Source: Candidatus Latescibacterota bacterium
GTDB taxonomy: Bacteria > Latescibacterota > UBA2968 > GCA-2709665
NCBI GenBank assembly: GCA_965116875.1
Contig: OZ220733.1
Coordinates: 5,056,001-5,120,000 of the forward strand
Length of the DNA: 64,000 nucleotides
Reading direction: 5' to 3'
Under the pieces are notes generated by a model, which searched no databases, had not been told where the DNA came from, and saw nothing but the letters and a program-made list of their open reading frames with translations. Position 1 is the stretch's first letter. Each line of letters begins with the position of its first letter. Below, in pieces: positions 38,368-48,556 of this stretch. A program made the translations under genes and the position numbers.

Positions 38368-38753
38368 GGCACTTACCCCGCGCTGTTTGTGGTAACACCG
38401 CTCGACGCCGTACCGGACGGCATTCGCTTACATCCAAGTCTACTCGTCAATCGACTGATTCACAGCAAGTTACAATCCCGAGAGCTCGGGCCGGGGGAGT
38501 GACTTCGAAGAGTTCCGTCCGACGGAGGGCGCTACGCACGGCATCTCAGGGCGAGGATTATCCGATTATCCGGAATATTACTGTTCTAGACGACATGAGG
38601 GACTACGTTGATAGAGAACGACACACCCCAAACAATGTATCGCGTACCGGTACGCGTGTCAAGCGGCTTGTCCCTGAGTTCGAATGTGAGAATCACAGCA
38701 GCGACACGCCGTCGGTACGCTGCATTGACCAACATGGCGGGCGAACCAACCGG

Positions 38754-39911
38754 TCAGAAGTCGTCACCGGTCAGGATGTCGAGGTACTCGCGGTACGCAT
38801 AGAACCGGCCGCGCAGCCTCCCCGTGAATTCAGCAAGCACGGCGAGGCTTTCAAGTAATTCAATGGCCTTGCGGGCCGTTGGCGGCGTCATTCCCAGCAA
38901 CTCGCCCACTTTCCGGACGTCGACAACCGGATTGGACGGAAGTAAGTCCAGCAACCGAATTGCGGCGACGGTTGCGTGCTCACTGGCGAGAAGCCGGCGG
39001 CGGTCCCGTGCCACGACGGAATGAAGCGCCTCTGCGACACGAACACCATCCTCGGCGGCGTCACGTACGCACCCCAGAAAATACGTGGACCAGCCTTCCC
39101 AATCACCTTCGTCGCGAACGGCCGTCAACCGCGCGTAGTACTCCTGTTGACTGCGCCTGAACGCGACGCTGAGGTACAGGAGCGGTCGGTCGAGAAGCCC
39201 CCAATGCTCAATCAAAAGCGCGATCAACAACCTGCCGATGCGACCGTTTCCGTCGAGAAACGGATGAATCGTCTCAAATTGTGAGTGCGCAAGTCCAGCC
39301 CGCACCAGCGGCGGAAGATCGCTGTCGACGTGCAACCATCGTTCCAGCGCCGACAGCGCTTCAGGGACCTCTTCAGGCGGCGGCGGGACGAAGTGGGCGT
39401 TACCGGGCCGCGTGCCGCCGATCCAGTTCTGCGACCGGCGTACTTCGCCGGGCCTTTTTCCTTCGCCTCGAACCCCCTGCATCAAAATTCGGTGTGTGTC
39501 GCGAAGCAGGCGGATACCAAGAGGAAGTCCATTCGGGTCCGCGATCTGTTCTCGGGCATGCACAAGCGCCCTTACATAGTTGCAAACCTCACGAACATCG
39601 TCGAGACGTTGGCTCTGGCCGGTGGCTTCAAAAGTAACGACGTCCCGTAACGTGGCCTGCGTCCCTTCAATCCGGGAGGTAATAACCGCTTCCTTGCGCA
39701 CAAATCCGAATAGAAACCATTCGGCGCTGGGCACCATCACGCCCGCGATCCGGAGACGGGCAAGGGCCGCATCCGCCGCGTCGTGAAGTTCGATTGTCCG
39801 ACCGTCAATTGCCAGCGGTGGATCAACCGGCGGGAGCGGGAACGGTACAAACGCTCGAACTTCCTCGCCGAGGGTGCTGACAATTCGATATTGGCCGGTC
39901 ACACGTGGCAT
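38754..39911 (-). CDS. Fic-family protein with C-terminal HTH
   Basis: HPFLDGNGRIGR catalytic motif; TSRIEG inhibitory-helix motif; R-SQNWIGG. Confidence 0.93.
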   Translation of the reverse strand: MPRVTGQYRIVSTLGEEVRAFVPFPLPPVDPPLAIDGRTIELHDAADAALARLRIAGVMVPSAEWFLFGFVRKEAVITSRIEGTQATLRDVVTFEATGQSQRLDDVREVCNYVRALVHAREQIADPNGLPLGIRLLRDTHRILMQGVRGEGKRPGEVRRSQNWIGGTRPGNAHFVPPPPEEVPEALSALERWLHVDSDLPPLVRAGLAHSQFETIHPFLDGNGRIGRLLIALLIEHWGLLDRPLLYLSVAFRRSQQEYYARLTAVRDEGDWEGWSTYFLGCVRDAAEDGVRVAEALHSVVARDRRRLLASEHATVAAIRLLDLLPSNPVVDVRKVGELLGMTPPTARKAIELLESLAVLAEFTGRLRGRFYAYREYLDILTGDDF

Positions 39912-39920
39912 AGATGGATT

Positions 39921-40025
39921 AACCGCCTTTCCTTTGTAGATATGTTAAGAAATGATCGTTTCTTTGTCAAGAAATTATAAAATGTTCGTTTCTTTATGTA
40001 ATCTTTGCAATACGATCGTTTCCTT
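39921..40025. repeat. Four 15-bp direct repeats at 30-bp period upstream of fic
   Basis: AACCGCCTTTCCTTT (39921), AATGATCGTTTCTTT (39951), AATGTTCGTTTCTTT (39981), TACGATCGTTTCCTT (40011). Confidence 0.7.
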
Positions 40026-40169
40026 AAATCCTTGCCTTTCTGTACGCCGCCGCATAAAATGAGACCCCGACGGGCGATGCCATCGGGGTCATTCAATCGT
40101 TCGAACGAATGTCGTTTGCAATTCCGGTTCAATGGAAATCGTTTGCGTATCTCTCTGAGGTCTTTTTCG

Positions 40170-40766
40170 TCAGGGTCTGACGATCTGGCGCCAGACTGAA
40201 TGCGCGACCGTTTCCAGTTCCGCCGCGGATCCAGTGTTTTCGATCACGAAGTCCGCGGCCTCAACCTTGTCGGACTCCGGCAGTTGGCACGCCATCCGTT
40301 CCCGGACTTCCGTCTCCGACAGCCCCTTCCGCTCCATCGCCCGCTGGATCCGGACCGTCTCCGGCGCCGTGACGACCACGAGAACGTCGCAAAGATCGCG
40401 ATGCTCGCCCCACTCCAGGATCAGCGCGGCATCGATCACGACAGGACGTTGAGGACGATGCGCGAGCGCGCTTCGGGTGCGTTCCTTCAACTTCGCCGTG
40501 AGCGTGGGCCAGACGATGGCGTTCAGCCGGTCCCGCGCCTCCGTTGACGCGAAGGCGCGCCGGCCCAGTTCCCGGCGCACCAGCACACCGTTCTCATCCA
40601 GGATACCCGGGCCGAACGTCTCTGCCAGCGACCGCAAAACCGCCGGGTCGTCCACCGCCGCCCGCCCCACCTCGTCCGCCTCGATCACGTACGCGCCATG
40701 CCGGGCGAATACGTCGCAAACGCGGCTCTTGCCGGCGCCGATACCCCCCGTCACGCCAACGATCAC
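40170..40766 (-). CDS. coaE: Dephospho-CoA kinase
   Basis: GVTGGIGAGKS, R-ELG...F, LN-IVWP, AD-VI-N. Confidence 0.95.
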   Translation of the reverse strand: MIVGVTGGIGAGKSRVCDVFARHGAYVIEADEVGRAAVDDPAVLRSLAETFGPGILDENGVLVRRELGRRAFASTEARDRLNAIVWPTLTAKLKERTRSALAHRPQRPVVIDAALILEWGEHRDLCDVLVVVTAPETVRIQRAMERKGLSETEVRERMACQLPESDKVEAADFVIENTGSAAELETVAHSVWRQIVRP

Positions 40767-41704
40767 GTCCGGTCTCCCGAGCGACGCACGCGGAGGCGGA
40801 GACGCAGCGGCAAAGCGTCCTCAGGAGATTCCTCATCCCATTGTTCGATAATCCGCCGGTTCCGGACACGGACCGCGACGAATACGCCGAGCAGCAGCAG
40901 TGTCATATAAAACCACAGCGCCCCCGCCGATGTCAACAGGGCCGTCGCGCTGAACCTGCCCTCGGCGTACTCGGCCCACTCGCGTTCGAATTTGTCTGGA
41001 GTGAGTCCGGTGATCCGATACAGTGCGACGTTGAACGAGACTCCCGCACGGAGCGACTCGACGATCTGCGCCACGCTTCCGGGACCGCCCAGATGGATCA
41101 GGTACAGGACCGCCAGCAGGCTTTCGGTATAGGCCAGGTGCGCCTTTGAAGAAGAAAAACCGAGCACCCCCTCGATTTCACGCAGCGGAATCAGACCGCC
41201 GGAGAAAATCGCGTAAGAGAGCTCGGTGCTTTCCCGGAGCCGCCATTCCTGAGCGGCCCACATGGCCACGCCTTCGTCGAACCAGCGCGGCAAGCGCGAG
41301 CGCGCCAGCTGGTGAAGCAGAATATGGGAGATTTCGTGCCGTGCGGTTTTCAGGACCTGTCCGCGCTGCCCCGGAAACAGGCGCAACACGGCGATCCGTT
41401 CGGCAGGGAAGGCGCAACCCGCGCCCCAGTGGGGGATGCGGCCGCGGGTAACGGTTTGAAAAAGCGCCTGTGAACCGGCGACGTAGACGATAATCGGGAC
41501 GTCCTGCCCACCGCCCAGCTTCCGCGCGACCTCAGATCTGGCGGAGACCAGTTCATCCAGCAGCACCCGCGCCGGCTCGCGATCGATGTCCTGATACCGA
41601 AGCGTCAGTCCTTCCCGTTCGTGTCGCTCCCAGCCAGCGGCCGAAACCGGCCGGCACAGCAGGCAGACCACCCAGATCAACGGGCAGAACCGCCGGGCGT
41701 TCAT
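40763..41704 (-). CDS. Peptidase MA-like zincin with signal peptide and C-terminal TM helix
   Basis: HEISH and PRWFDEGVA motifs. Confidence 0.8.
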   Translation of the reverse strand: MNARRFCPLIWVVCLLCRPVSAAGWERHEREGLTLRYQDIDREPARVLLDELVSARSEVARKLGGGQDVPIIVYVAGSQALFQTVTRGRIPHWGAGCAFPAERIAVLRLFPGQRGQVLKTARHEISHILLHQLARSRLPRWFDEGVAMWAAQEWRLRESTELSYAIFSGGLIPLREIEGVLGFSSSKAHLAYTESLLAVLYLIHLGGPGSVAQIVESLRAGVSFNVALYRITGLTPDKFEREWAEYAEGRFSATALLTSAGALWFYMTLLLLGVFVAVRVRNRRIIEQWDEESPEDALPLRLRLRVRRSGDRT

Positions 41705-42561
41705 CGCCGTTTCCTGTTACCCAGATACTTGAAGAAGTCCGTGCGCAGGGGCAGCACGACCGTGGTGCCTTCTCCGAGGGTTTTTTCATACGCCTCGAGG
41801 GTGCGCTGGAACTCGTAGAACCGCGGGTTCTTCTGGAATGCCTGCGCGTAGATGGTCAGTGCCTCGGCGTCGCCCTGGCCCCGGATCAGCTGGGATTTCT
41901 GAAACGCGTCGGATTTGATGCGAGTAACCTCCAGGTCGGTCTCCGCGCGGATCTTCAGGGCCGCTTCTTCGCCCTCGGCGCGATACTCTTTGGCCTGGCG
42001 GGCGCGTTCGGCCCTCATCCGGTCGAACACGTTCTTCTTGTTTTCCTCGGGCAGGTCGGCGCGCTTGACCCGCACGTCCACCACCTCCACGCCCAGTTCC
42101 GCGGCGTCCTGTCGCGACCGCTTCGTGACCTTGTCCATAATTGCTTTCCGATTCCCGGAGACGATTTCAGTGAGCGTCCGCCTGCCCAACTCCTCCCGCA
42201 CGGCCGCGTAGATGATATCGTCCAGGCGCGACTGGGCGCCCCGGACCGTCTGCACGGACTTCAGAAACTTCAGCGGATTGACGATTCGCCACCTGGCGAA
42301 ATTGTCCACAATCAGGTTCTTTTTGTCCGACGTATAAATCGGCGCCGGGTCCGCGTCACTGTAAAGCAAGCGGTTATCGAAGGAGTGAAGCCGTTCCACG
42401 AACGGCACTTTCCAGTGCAGGCCGGGGCTCTGGATGGTGCGCCTGGGTTCTCCCAGCCTGGTCACCACCACCTGTTCGCGCTCATCCACCGTAAACAGGA
42501 CCGATTCAATGAGGAGACCCGCCAGCACGACCGCCACGACCGCCTTGACTAACAATTTCAT
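41701..42561 (-). CDS. hflC: FtsH protease modulator HflC
   Basis: SPFH domain; T-DKK-L-VD, RM-AER, FYEFQRTLEAY. Confidence 0.95.
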   Translation of the reverse strand: MKLLVKAVVAVVLAGLLIESVLFTVDEREQVVVTRLGEPRRTIQSPGLHWKVPFVERLHSFDNRLLYSDADPAPIYTSDKKNLIVDNFARWRIVNPLKFLKSVQTVRGAQSRLDDIIYAAVREELGRRTLTEIVSGNRKAIMDKVTKRSRQDAAELGVEVVDVRVKRADLPEENKKNVFDRMRAERARQAKEYRAEGEEAALKIRAETDLEVTRIKSDAFQKSQLIRGQGDAEALTIYAQAFQKNPRFYEFQRTLEAYEKTLGEGTTVVLPLRTDFFKYLGNRKRR

Positions 42562-42562
42562 T

Positions 42563-43564
42563 TCAGTTTCCCCCTGCTGTCGCGGGTTGCGCGGTTTTCG
42601 CGGCCCTGGGCTGCAACTGCAGCATGTTCAGAAAACCGCTCCCCTTGCCGTCGGATTCCACCACGTATTTCTGTATGTCCGGCAGGATCTTTTCCATGGT
42701 CTCGAGATAAAGTCTGACTTCGGTCACGTCTTTCGCCTTGCGATACTCTTTCAGTACCTCCAGGAACCGCTCCGCGTCGCCCTGTGATCGCTTGACGCGT
42801 TCGACGGTATAAGCCTCCGCCTCCCGGATCATCTGCTCGGCTTCGCCCCGCGCCTTCGGGATCACTTCGTTCCGATAGGCTTCGGCTTCGTTGCGCAGGC
42901 GCTCCCGGTCCTCACGGGCGCTGGCGACGTCCTTGAACGCGTGGTCCACCTCGCGCGGCACCGACACAGTCTGCAGCTTCACGTTCTCCACGTGCAACCC
43001 GATGTCGTAGAGATTGAATACCTCCTTGACCTGCACTTCGATCTCGCTCTGGATCTTGAATTTGCCTTCGGTGAGCGCCTCGTCGATCGGCGACCGCCCC
43101 AGCACCTGGCGCAGCGCCGCTTCCACCACGCTCCGGACGGCGTGCACCTGGTCGGCGGCATGGAACAGATAGGCTTCTATGTCGCTGATCCGGTACTGAA
43201 CGATCAGCTCGACGTTCACGATATTCTCGTCGCCGGTCAACATGGACTGCTCCCTGGTCACTTGCTGATATCGCGGCACCGGCTCCACGGCGACGGTCCG
43301 GAACCCGATCTCCACGCGCTTGACCTCGCTCACCCGCTCGATTTCCACGGACTCGATCGGCCACGGGAGATGATAGTGGATGCCGGGCTCCTCCACGCCC
43401 ATGGATTTGCCGAACCGCAATACCACCGCCTGTTCGGCCGGCTGCACGATGTAAATCCCGCTGAGCAGCCATAGCAGGATCAGAACGCCCAGACCGTAAT
43501 AGACCAGCCGCGGGCTGAGGGACAGGTCGAAACTGGGCCGACCGGGGAAATCGTATTGTTGCAT
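42563..43564 (-). CDS. hflK: FtsH protease modulator HflK
   Basis: MLTGDENIV, AF-DV--ARED, P-ARGEA, RLYLETME. Confidence 0.95.
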   Translation of the reverse strand: MQQYDFPGRPSFDLSLSPRLVYYGLGVLILLWLLSGIYIVQPAEQAVVLRFGKSMGVEEPGIHYHLPWPIESVEIERVSEVKRVEIGFRTVAVEPVPRYQQVTREQSMLTGDENIVNVELIVQYRISDIEAYLFHAADQVHAVRSVVEAALRQVLGRSPIDEALTEGKFKIQSEIEVQVKEVFNLYDIGLHVENVKLQTVSVPREVDHAFKDVASAREDRERLRNEAEAYRNEVIPKARGEAEQMIREAEAYTVERVKRSQGDAERFLEVLKEYRKAKDVTEVRLYLETMEKILPDIQKYVVESDGKGSGFLNMLQLQPRAAKTAQPATAGGN

Positions 43565-43636
43565 AGAACAAACCCCTTGATAAAATGGCTGGCGCCGAAA
43601 TACCGCCGGAACGCAAAAGTACGGCGGGCGAACTTT

Positions 43637-44575
43637 CTATTGCTTCAGATAGTCACCGATCCGGGCCATCCGCTCGATGCCCCGCAGGCAACACGTAACA
43701 CCGGCGACCCTGTTGGCGAACCGGACGGCCGCCGGAACACTTCCGGTTTTCAGATACGACCACGCAAAACCCATCAGAAACGCATCGCCGCATCCGGTCT
43801 CATCCACGGGAACATCCGCCGGCCGCGCCGGACAGTGTTGGACTTCAACGCCGCCCAGCGGGTTCCTGGTAATCGCATCGGCTCCGTGTTCACCACGGGT
43901 AATCAACAGCGCGTGGGGACCCAGAGCCAGAACCCTCTCTCCGAATTCACGGGTGGCCCCCGCGCCGGGCAGAGACGCGCCGGCAAGGAGACCGGCTTCC
44001 TGCTCGTTCAGCTGTATGATATCGGCGCACGCCAACCACGCCTCCCACCGGGGCGGCAGACGAAAAAACCTCCGGCGCCGGCTGTCGATTCCGAGCGTCA
44101 GGCTGTGTACGTCCATCAGGACGAGACCGCGGGATTCCCTTCGAAATGCCCGCAACGTCTGCAGTTCAAGTTCCATCCCGGTGATGAAATTGAAGCAGAC
44201 CGCATCGCAGCCCAGAAAGGGCCGAAGCCGCTCGATCGTCAGCGCGGGCACGCCGCCCAGCAGCGTTTCCTGCTTCCGGTTCCCGGAATCGTAGGTCAAA
44301 AAACAGTGGGGATTCCGTTCGGGTACGAACCGGACGCCATCCAGTTCCACGGACGCCCAGGAACCCAGAAGACGCCGAACCGCGCCTTCAACGTCTCTCC
44401 CCACGTTGCATACCGGAAAAATCGTGGCGGAACCGATCTGGTCCAGTGCCGCGATACTGTACAGGATGCCGCCATAGCTTTCCGTGCGGGTCCCGTCGGG
44501 CGTACAAATCGTATCCCGGTTGATTGAACCGACCACCGCGATACGGCGCGCGTTTCCGGACATAGCCAACCTCAC
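43637..44575 (-). CDS. PfkB-family carbohydrate kinase
   Basis: VVGSI--D, N--EA, TRGEHGA, DETGCGDAF. Confidence 0.9.
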   Translation of the reverse strand: MRLAMSGNARRIAVVGSINRDTICTPDGTRTESYGGILYSIAALDQIGSATIFPVCNVGRDVEGAVRRLLGSWASVELDGVRFVPERNPHCFLTYDSGNRKQETLLGGVPALTIERLRPFLGCDAVCFNFITGMELELQTLRAFRRESRGLVLMDVHSLTLGIDSRRRRFFRLPPRWEAWLACADIIQLNEQEAGLLAGASLPGAGATREFGERVLALGPHALLITRGEHGADAITRNPLGGVEVQHCPARPADVPVDETGCGDAFLMGFAWSYLKTGSVPAAVRFANRVAGVTCCLRGIERMARIGDYLKQ

Positions 44576-44673
44576 CGGGAGCAGTTTTTGAATGTACTAC
44601 AAAAGCCCGCGGGTGTCAACCCCAAACCCCCTCAAAGGAACCGCCCGGCGCCGCAATACGATCGTGCTCCCCG

Positions 44674-46755
44674 TCACCCCGCGCGGGCGGTCGGCCCCTC
44701 CAGATTCACTGATTCGACGCGCCGTCGCAACACGTCGTGGCGTTCAAGGTTCGGGTCCCGGTCCAGCAGTTCAGCCGCTTCGTCCCGGGCCGACCGGACC
44801 AGGTCCACGTCACGTGCAAGGTCGGCAAATCGAAATTCGGGACATCCGGCCTGCCGGGTGCCGAAGATCTGTCCGGGCCCTCGGATCTTCAGATCCATCT
44901 CAGCAATTTCGAACCCGTTGCCCGTGGCAGTCATGGCGTCCAGCCTCGCGCGCGCGTCCGGCGACAGGTCCCCCTCCGGGTCGGCGATCAGGATACAATA
45001 CGAACCGGCGGCGCCGCGACCTACGCGGCCCCTCAACTGGTGGAGTTGCGCCAGACCGAACCGTTCCGCGTTTTCCACCATCATTACCGTCGCGCCGGGA
45101 ACGTCCACCCCCACTTCGATCACCGTGGTGGAGACCAGTACATCCAGTGAACCCTTTCGGAAGGCGGCCATCACCGCCTCCTTCTCCGCGGGAGAGAGGC
45201 GGCCGTGCAGCAACCCCAGCCTCAATCCCGATAACACGCCGCCACGCAATTCCTCGAATGCCGTGGCAGCGGCCCTGATGTCCCTGGCTCCGGAGTCATC
45301 GATTGCCGGAAAGACGATATAGGCCTGACCGCCCGCCGAAACCTGTTCATGCAGAAACCGATAGGCTTTTTCACGGTCCCCCGCCGCCCGCCATCCCGTC
45401 TTCACCGGTTGACGTCCCGGCGGCAGTTCATCCAGCACGGTAACCTCCAGGTCCCCATAGAGCGTCAGGGCCAGGGACCGTGGAATGGGCGTGGCCGTCA
45501 TCACCAGGAGGTGGGCGCCGCCTTCCTTCTCCAGCAGTGCGGCCCGCTGCAGGACCCCGAACCGATGCTGTTCGTCCACGACCGCGAGACCGAGCCGCGC
45601 GAATACCACATTCTCCTGCAGGAGCGCATGCGTGCCTACCACGAGGTGCACGCGACCCCAGGCCAGCCCCTGCAGGATCTCGCTTCGCTCTCGCTGAGGC
45701 TGTCGCCCGGTGAGCAGCGCGACCACCAGCCCCAGCGGGGCCGCGAGGTCGCGGATGGTCCGGGCGTGCTGCTCCGCCAGAATCTCGGTAGGGGCCATCA
45801 GTGCGGCCTGCGCGCCGCCATCCACCGCCGACAGCATGGCCGCCGTTGCCACCAGAGTCTTGCCCGACCCCACGTCGCCCTGCAGCAGGCGGCGCATCGG
45901 CCTGCCGCGCTCCAGGTCACGGCCGATCTCGGTCAACGCGCGGCGCTGCGCTCCGGTGGGTTCGAAGGACAATATCCCCAGCAATTTTCCGGCAAGAGGG
46001 CCCGTTGACGGCAATACGGGCCCCGGTTTTTTGTCATGGACCGCCTGAAACGACCGAAGCCTCAGCTGGAAATACAGCAGTTCGTCGAATGCGAGCCTGC
46101 GGCGCGCCGCCTCAATATCCCGTCGTTCGTCGGGGAAGTGGAGCTTTCTCACGGCATCGCCGAGCGGGAGGGCCCCGAATCGGGCCCTCATCGGGTCCGG
46201 GAGCGGTTCCGACAGGCGAACATCCTGCAGCGCCTGGTGGATGATGCGGCGCAATGCGCGGCTTGTGAGGCGTTCGGCCTTCATCCGCGCCGTTGTAGAA
46301 TAGACCGGGATCACGCGCCCTGTATGAACTTGCGTTCCCTCTTCGCGATCCGAAATCACCTCCACGTCGGGGTGTACGATCTGTCGTTTGCTGCCAAACC
46401 GGGTCAACCTGCCCCCAACGGCCAGCAGGTCGCCCGACGAGAACGCCTGCCGAAGATACCGGTGTCCTGAAAACCAGACGCACTCCAGCGTGCCCGATTC
46501 GTCTTCCAGCACGAGAACAAACCGGGGCCGCCTGCCGGGCACCACGTTTCCGCCGCGAACCGTGGCGACGGCCGTGACCTCCGCGCCAGCCGGCAGCGCG
46601 GCAATGGGCGACTGGCGCGTACGATCCACGTACCGGTACGGAAGGAAGAGAAGGAGGTCCGCGACGGTGGATATCCCAACCTCACGCAACAGTTCCTCCC
46701 GTTTCGCGCCCACGCCGCGCACGGCGCTCACCGGGACATCGAGTTCGGGCAACAT
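44674..46755 (-). CDS. recG: ATP-dependent DNA helicase RecG
   Basis: QGDVGSGKT, DEQHRFG, TATPIPR, QLRGRVGRG, DL-IRGPG. Confidence 0.97.
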   Translation of the reverse strand: MLPELDVPVSAVRGVGAKREELLREVGISTVADLLLFLPYRYVDRTRQSPIAALPAGAEVTAVATVRGGNVVPGRRPRFVLVLEDESGTLECVWFSGHRYLRQAFSSGDLLAVGGRLTRFGSKRQIVHPDVEVISDREEGTQVHTGRVIPVYSTTARMKAERLTSRALRRIIHQALQDVRLSEPLPDPMRARFGALPLGDAVRKLHFPDERRDIEAARRRLAFDELLYFQLRLRSFQAVHDKKPGPVLPSTGPLAGKLLGILSFEPTGAQRRALTEIGRDLERGRPMRRLLQGDVGSGKTLVATAAMLSAVDGGAQAALMAPTEILAEQHARTIRDLAAPLGLVVALLTGRQPQRERSEILQGLAWGRVHLVVGTHALLQENVVFARLGLAVVDEQHRFGVLQRAALLEKEGGAHLLVMTATPIPRSLALTLYGDLEVTVLDELPPGRQPVKTGWRAAGDREKAYRFLHEQVSAGGQAYIVFPAIDDSGARDIRAAATAFEELRGGVLSGLRLGLLHGRLSPAEKEAVMAAFRKGSLDVLVSTTVIEVGVDVPGATVMMVENAERFGLAQLHQLRGRVGRGAAGSYCILIADPEGDLSPDARARLDAMTATGNGFEIAEMDLKIRGPGQIFGTRQAGCPEFRFADLARDVDLVRSARDEAAELLDRDPNLERHDVLRRRVESVNLEGPTARAG

Positions 46756-46826
46756 CGACCGGCCTTTCCTGACTGGACGTAGTTGAAGGGATACTCTTTT
46801 TCGCGCAGCGACATGCGAACCGTGCG

Positions 46827-46855
46827 AATATAGTTATTCCATATACATGCGTCAA
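46827..46855 (-). promoter_or_regulatory. recG promoter overlapped by an AC-N4-GT dyad (TATAC-ATGC-GTCAA)
   Basis: Minus strand TTGACG-17 nt-TATATT. Confidence 0.55.
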
Positions 46856-46949
46856 GAAACCGCCTCCGTTTCGGGCGAATGGAGGGCGCATAAGCCGCAT
46901 TTTTCTTGATCTTCCCGAATCCACACCCTATCATGCAACGTGGTTGCCG

Positions 46950-47221
46950 CGCGTCGCCCTGCTTCCCGCCTGCCGAAACGGCGACATTGACGTCGTCAGG
47001 CAACTGGTCGCATACGACGCCGACGTCAATGCCACCTCGGACAACGGACACTTCCCCTGTATTGCGCCGCCGGACACGGACACGCGGACACAACCCGGTT
47101 CCTGATAGAGAGCGGCGCGGATCCGGAAGCCCCGATGGCCGATGGCAAGACGGTCGCTGAATGGTTGGCACAATACGCGGATCATGACCCGCGATTGAAG
47201 GCGTGTCTGGCGATGCTGTAG
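46950..47221 (+). pseudogene. Ankyrin-repeat gene fragment with a frameshift
   Basis: ACRNGDIDVVRQLVAYDADVNATSDNGHF / PLYCAAGHGHADTTRFLIESGADP...*; one C missing in TTCCCCTG near 47055. Confidence 0.75.
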
Positions 47222-47866
47222 GAGTGAAGCTTCGGGCTGCCGGACTCCCCGGATTTCTCGGACCGCGGTCAACCCGGCAGGGCCCACTCCAGGCGTGCGA
47301 CGGTGCGCAAAAGCGGCACGAATTGTTCCGATGAAAATCGGAACAATGAAGCCTGAATGACGCGAAATAAATTCTCTTGACAAGGTTTGCGCCAGTGCTT
47401 TTATTAAGTGACGTAGAAGTCTATATTCACCACGCTTTCCAACGATACTCCCCCATATATGGGATAAACGTCATTGTAGACACACTATCCTTTGTAGTAC
47501 AACGGCCTGCACTTCCAATGTATTTCGCGCAAGGCGGGCCATCCTGCCAATCTTCAAATCATTCCACGTGAATGGACCGAAAGTAACAGGTCCATCCACG
47601 GCTCACGCAACCCGCAAATCGGGCATCCGCGCAATACGGTCAAGCGCGCTGCGGTTTGCGAATCACCTTACGGAAACACTCCAGACTGATCGGATTGACC
47701 GGTTCCACCGGTTTACAATTGCTGAAACGCCGAATTCTGAAGGTGGTTTTAGCAGGATGTTCGTGACGGGGAGGCATACCCCACGCCCACGCCGCTCCGT
47801 CGGTAACCGTTGCGGCCGATATCGTCCACGGACCGCGGCACGTATCTATTTTTTAGGGAGGTAGAC

Positions 47867-48196
47867 ATGGCAGGTAGAGTTATCGTAGGTCTCATCGCCC
47901 TCGGTGCGATCATTGGGGGCCTGGCTGGCGACGCTTTCCTCGGTGAGGGCATTCTTGCGCTCGTGCTGGTCATCCTGGGTCTCGCCTATGCGGGCGTTGC
48001 GATCGACGCTGAGGACGCAACGGGCTACCTCGTGCTCGCACTTGCCGTCGGCGGCGCGGGAATGGCCAACGTGCTGGGCAACATCCCGGGAATCGGCGAG
48101 AAACTGGATGCGATCGTCGATCTGGCCAGTGTCTCACTGTATGCCGGTGTGGTCACCGTGCTCGTGCAGAGGACGCTGAATCGCCTCAAAGGATAA
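47867..48196 (+). CDS. Small Gly/Ala-rich integral membrane protein
   Basis: Strong RBS AGGGAGG; 109 aa with about four hydrophobic helices. Confidence 0.8.
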   Translation: MAGRVIVGLIALGAIIGGLAGDAFLGEGILALVLVILGLAYAGVAIDAEDATGYLVLALAVGGAGMANVLGNIPGIGEKLDAIVDLASVSLYAGVVTVLVQRTLNRLKG

Positions 48197-48380
48197 GCAC
48201 CGCAGCGGGATGAGCAGCCTAAAACGGCAGGCATGACTCTCGCAATTAGCCAGCGAGAGAAAGGGAATCCTCGTCACAACGCGTTCGCCCTGCCGACGGC
48301 GGACGGTATTTGGCGATCCCGCAGCACAGATTCGGAAAGGATTCAGTCTGCCAGAAAGCCGAAGTTAAAGCGTTTCAATA

Positions 48381-48424
48381 CAGGTCGCCGGATTTCCAGA
48401 CCCGATTCCGGCGGCCTGTTTGTG
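48381..48424 (+). terminator. Probable intrinsic terminator
   Basis: CAGGTCGCCGGA...TCCGGCGGCCTG followed by TTTGT. Confidence 0.5.
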
Positions 48425-48556
48425 TACACAGGATCCCTGGGGCAACCCCCCGCGGGTCTTTGCAAGTTCAACAGGTCAGCGCGGGCTTCTGTCCCGTCCA
48501 CAGTTGCGTCACCCCGAAAGTCGGGCGACCGCCTGAAGCGCGCGGAGACTCGAGCG

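Noticed and set aside
38368-38500. Possible higB remnant (...VERCYH) upstream of the HigA::SIR2 gene
   Set aside because: Only a YH dipeptide resembles the HigB DYH end; too weak to call.
39921-40025. Mini-CRISPR interpretation of the 30-bp periodic repeats
   Set aside because: Repeats and spacers are only 15 bp, degenerate and non-palindromic, and there are no cas genes in the window.
22336-40169. Single integrative element inserted at tRNA-Asn
   Set aside because: No integrase and no duplicated tRNA 3' end found by eye; it looks like piecemeal accretion.
48233-48556. N-terminal 108 aa of the 825-aa ORF
   Set aside because: Spans a terminator-like hairpin; the ATG at 48557 gives a proper lipoprotein signal.
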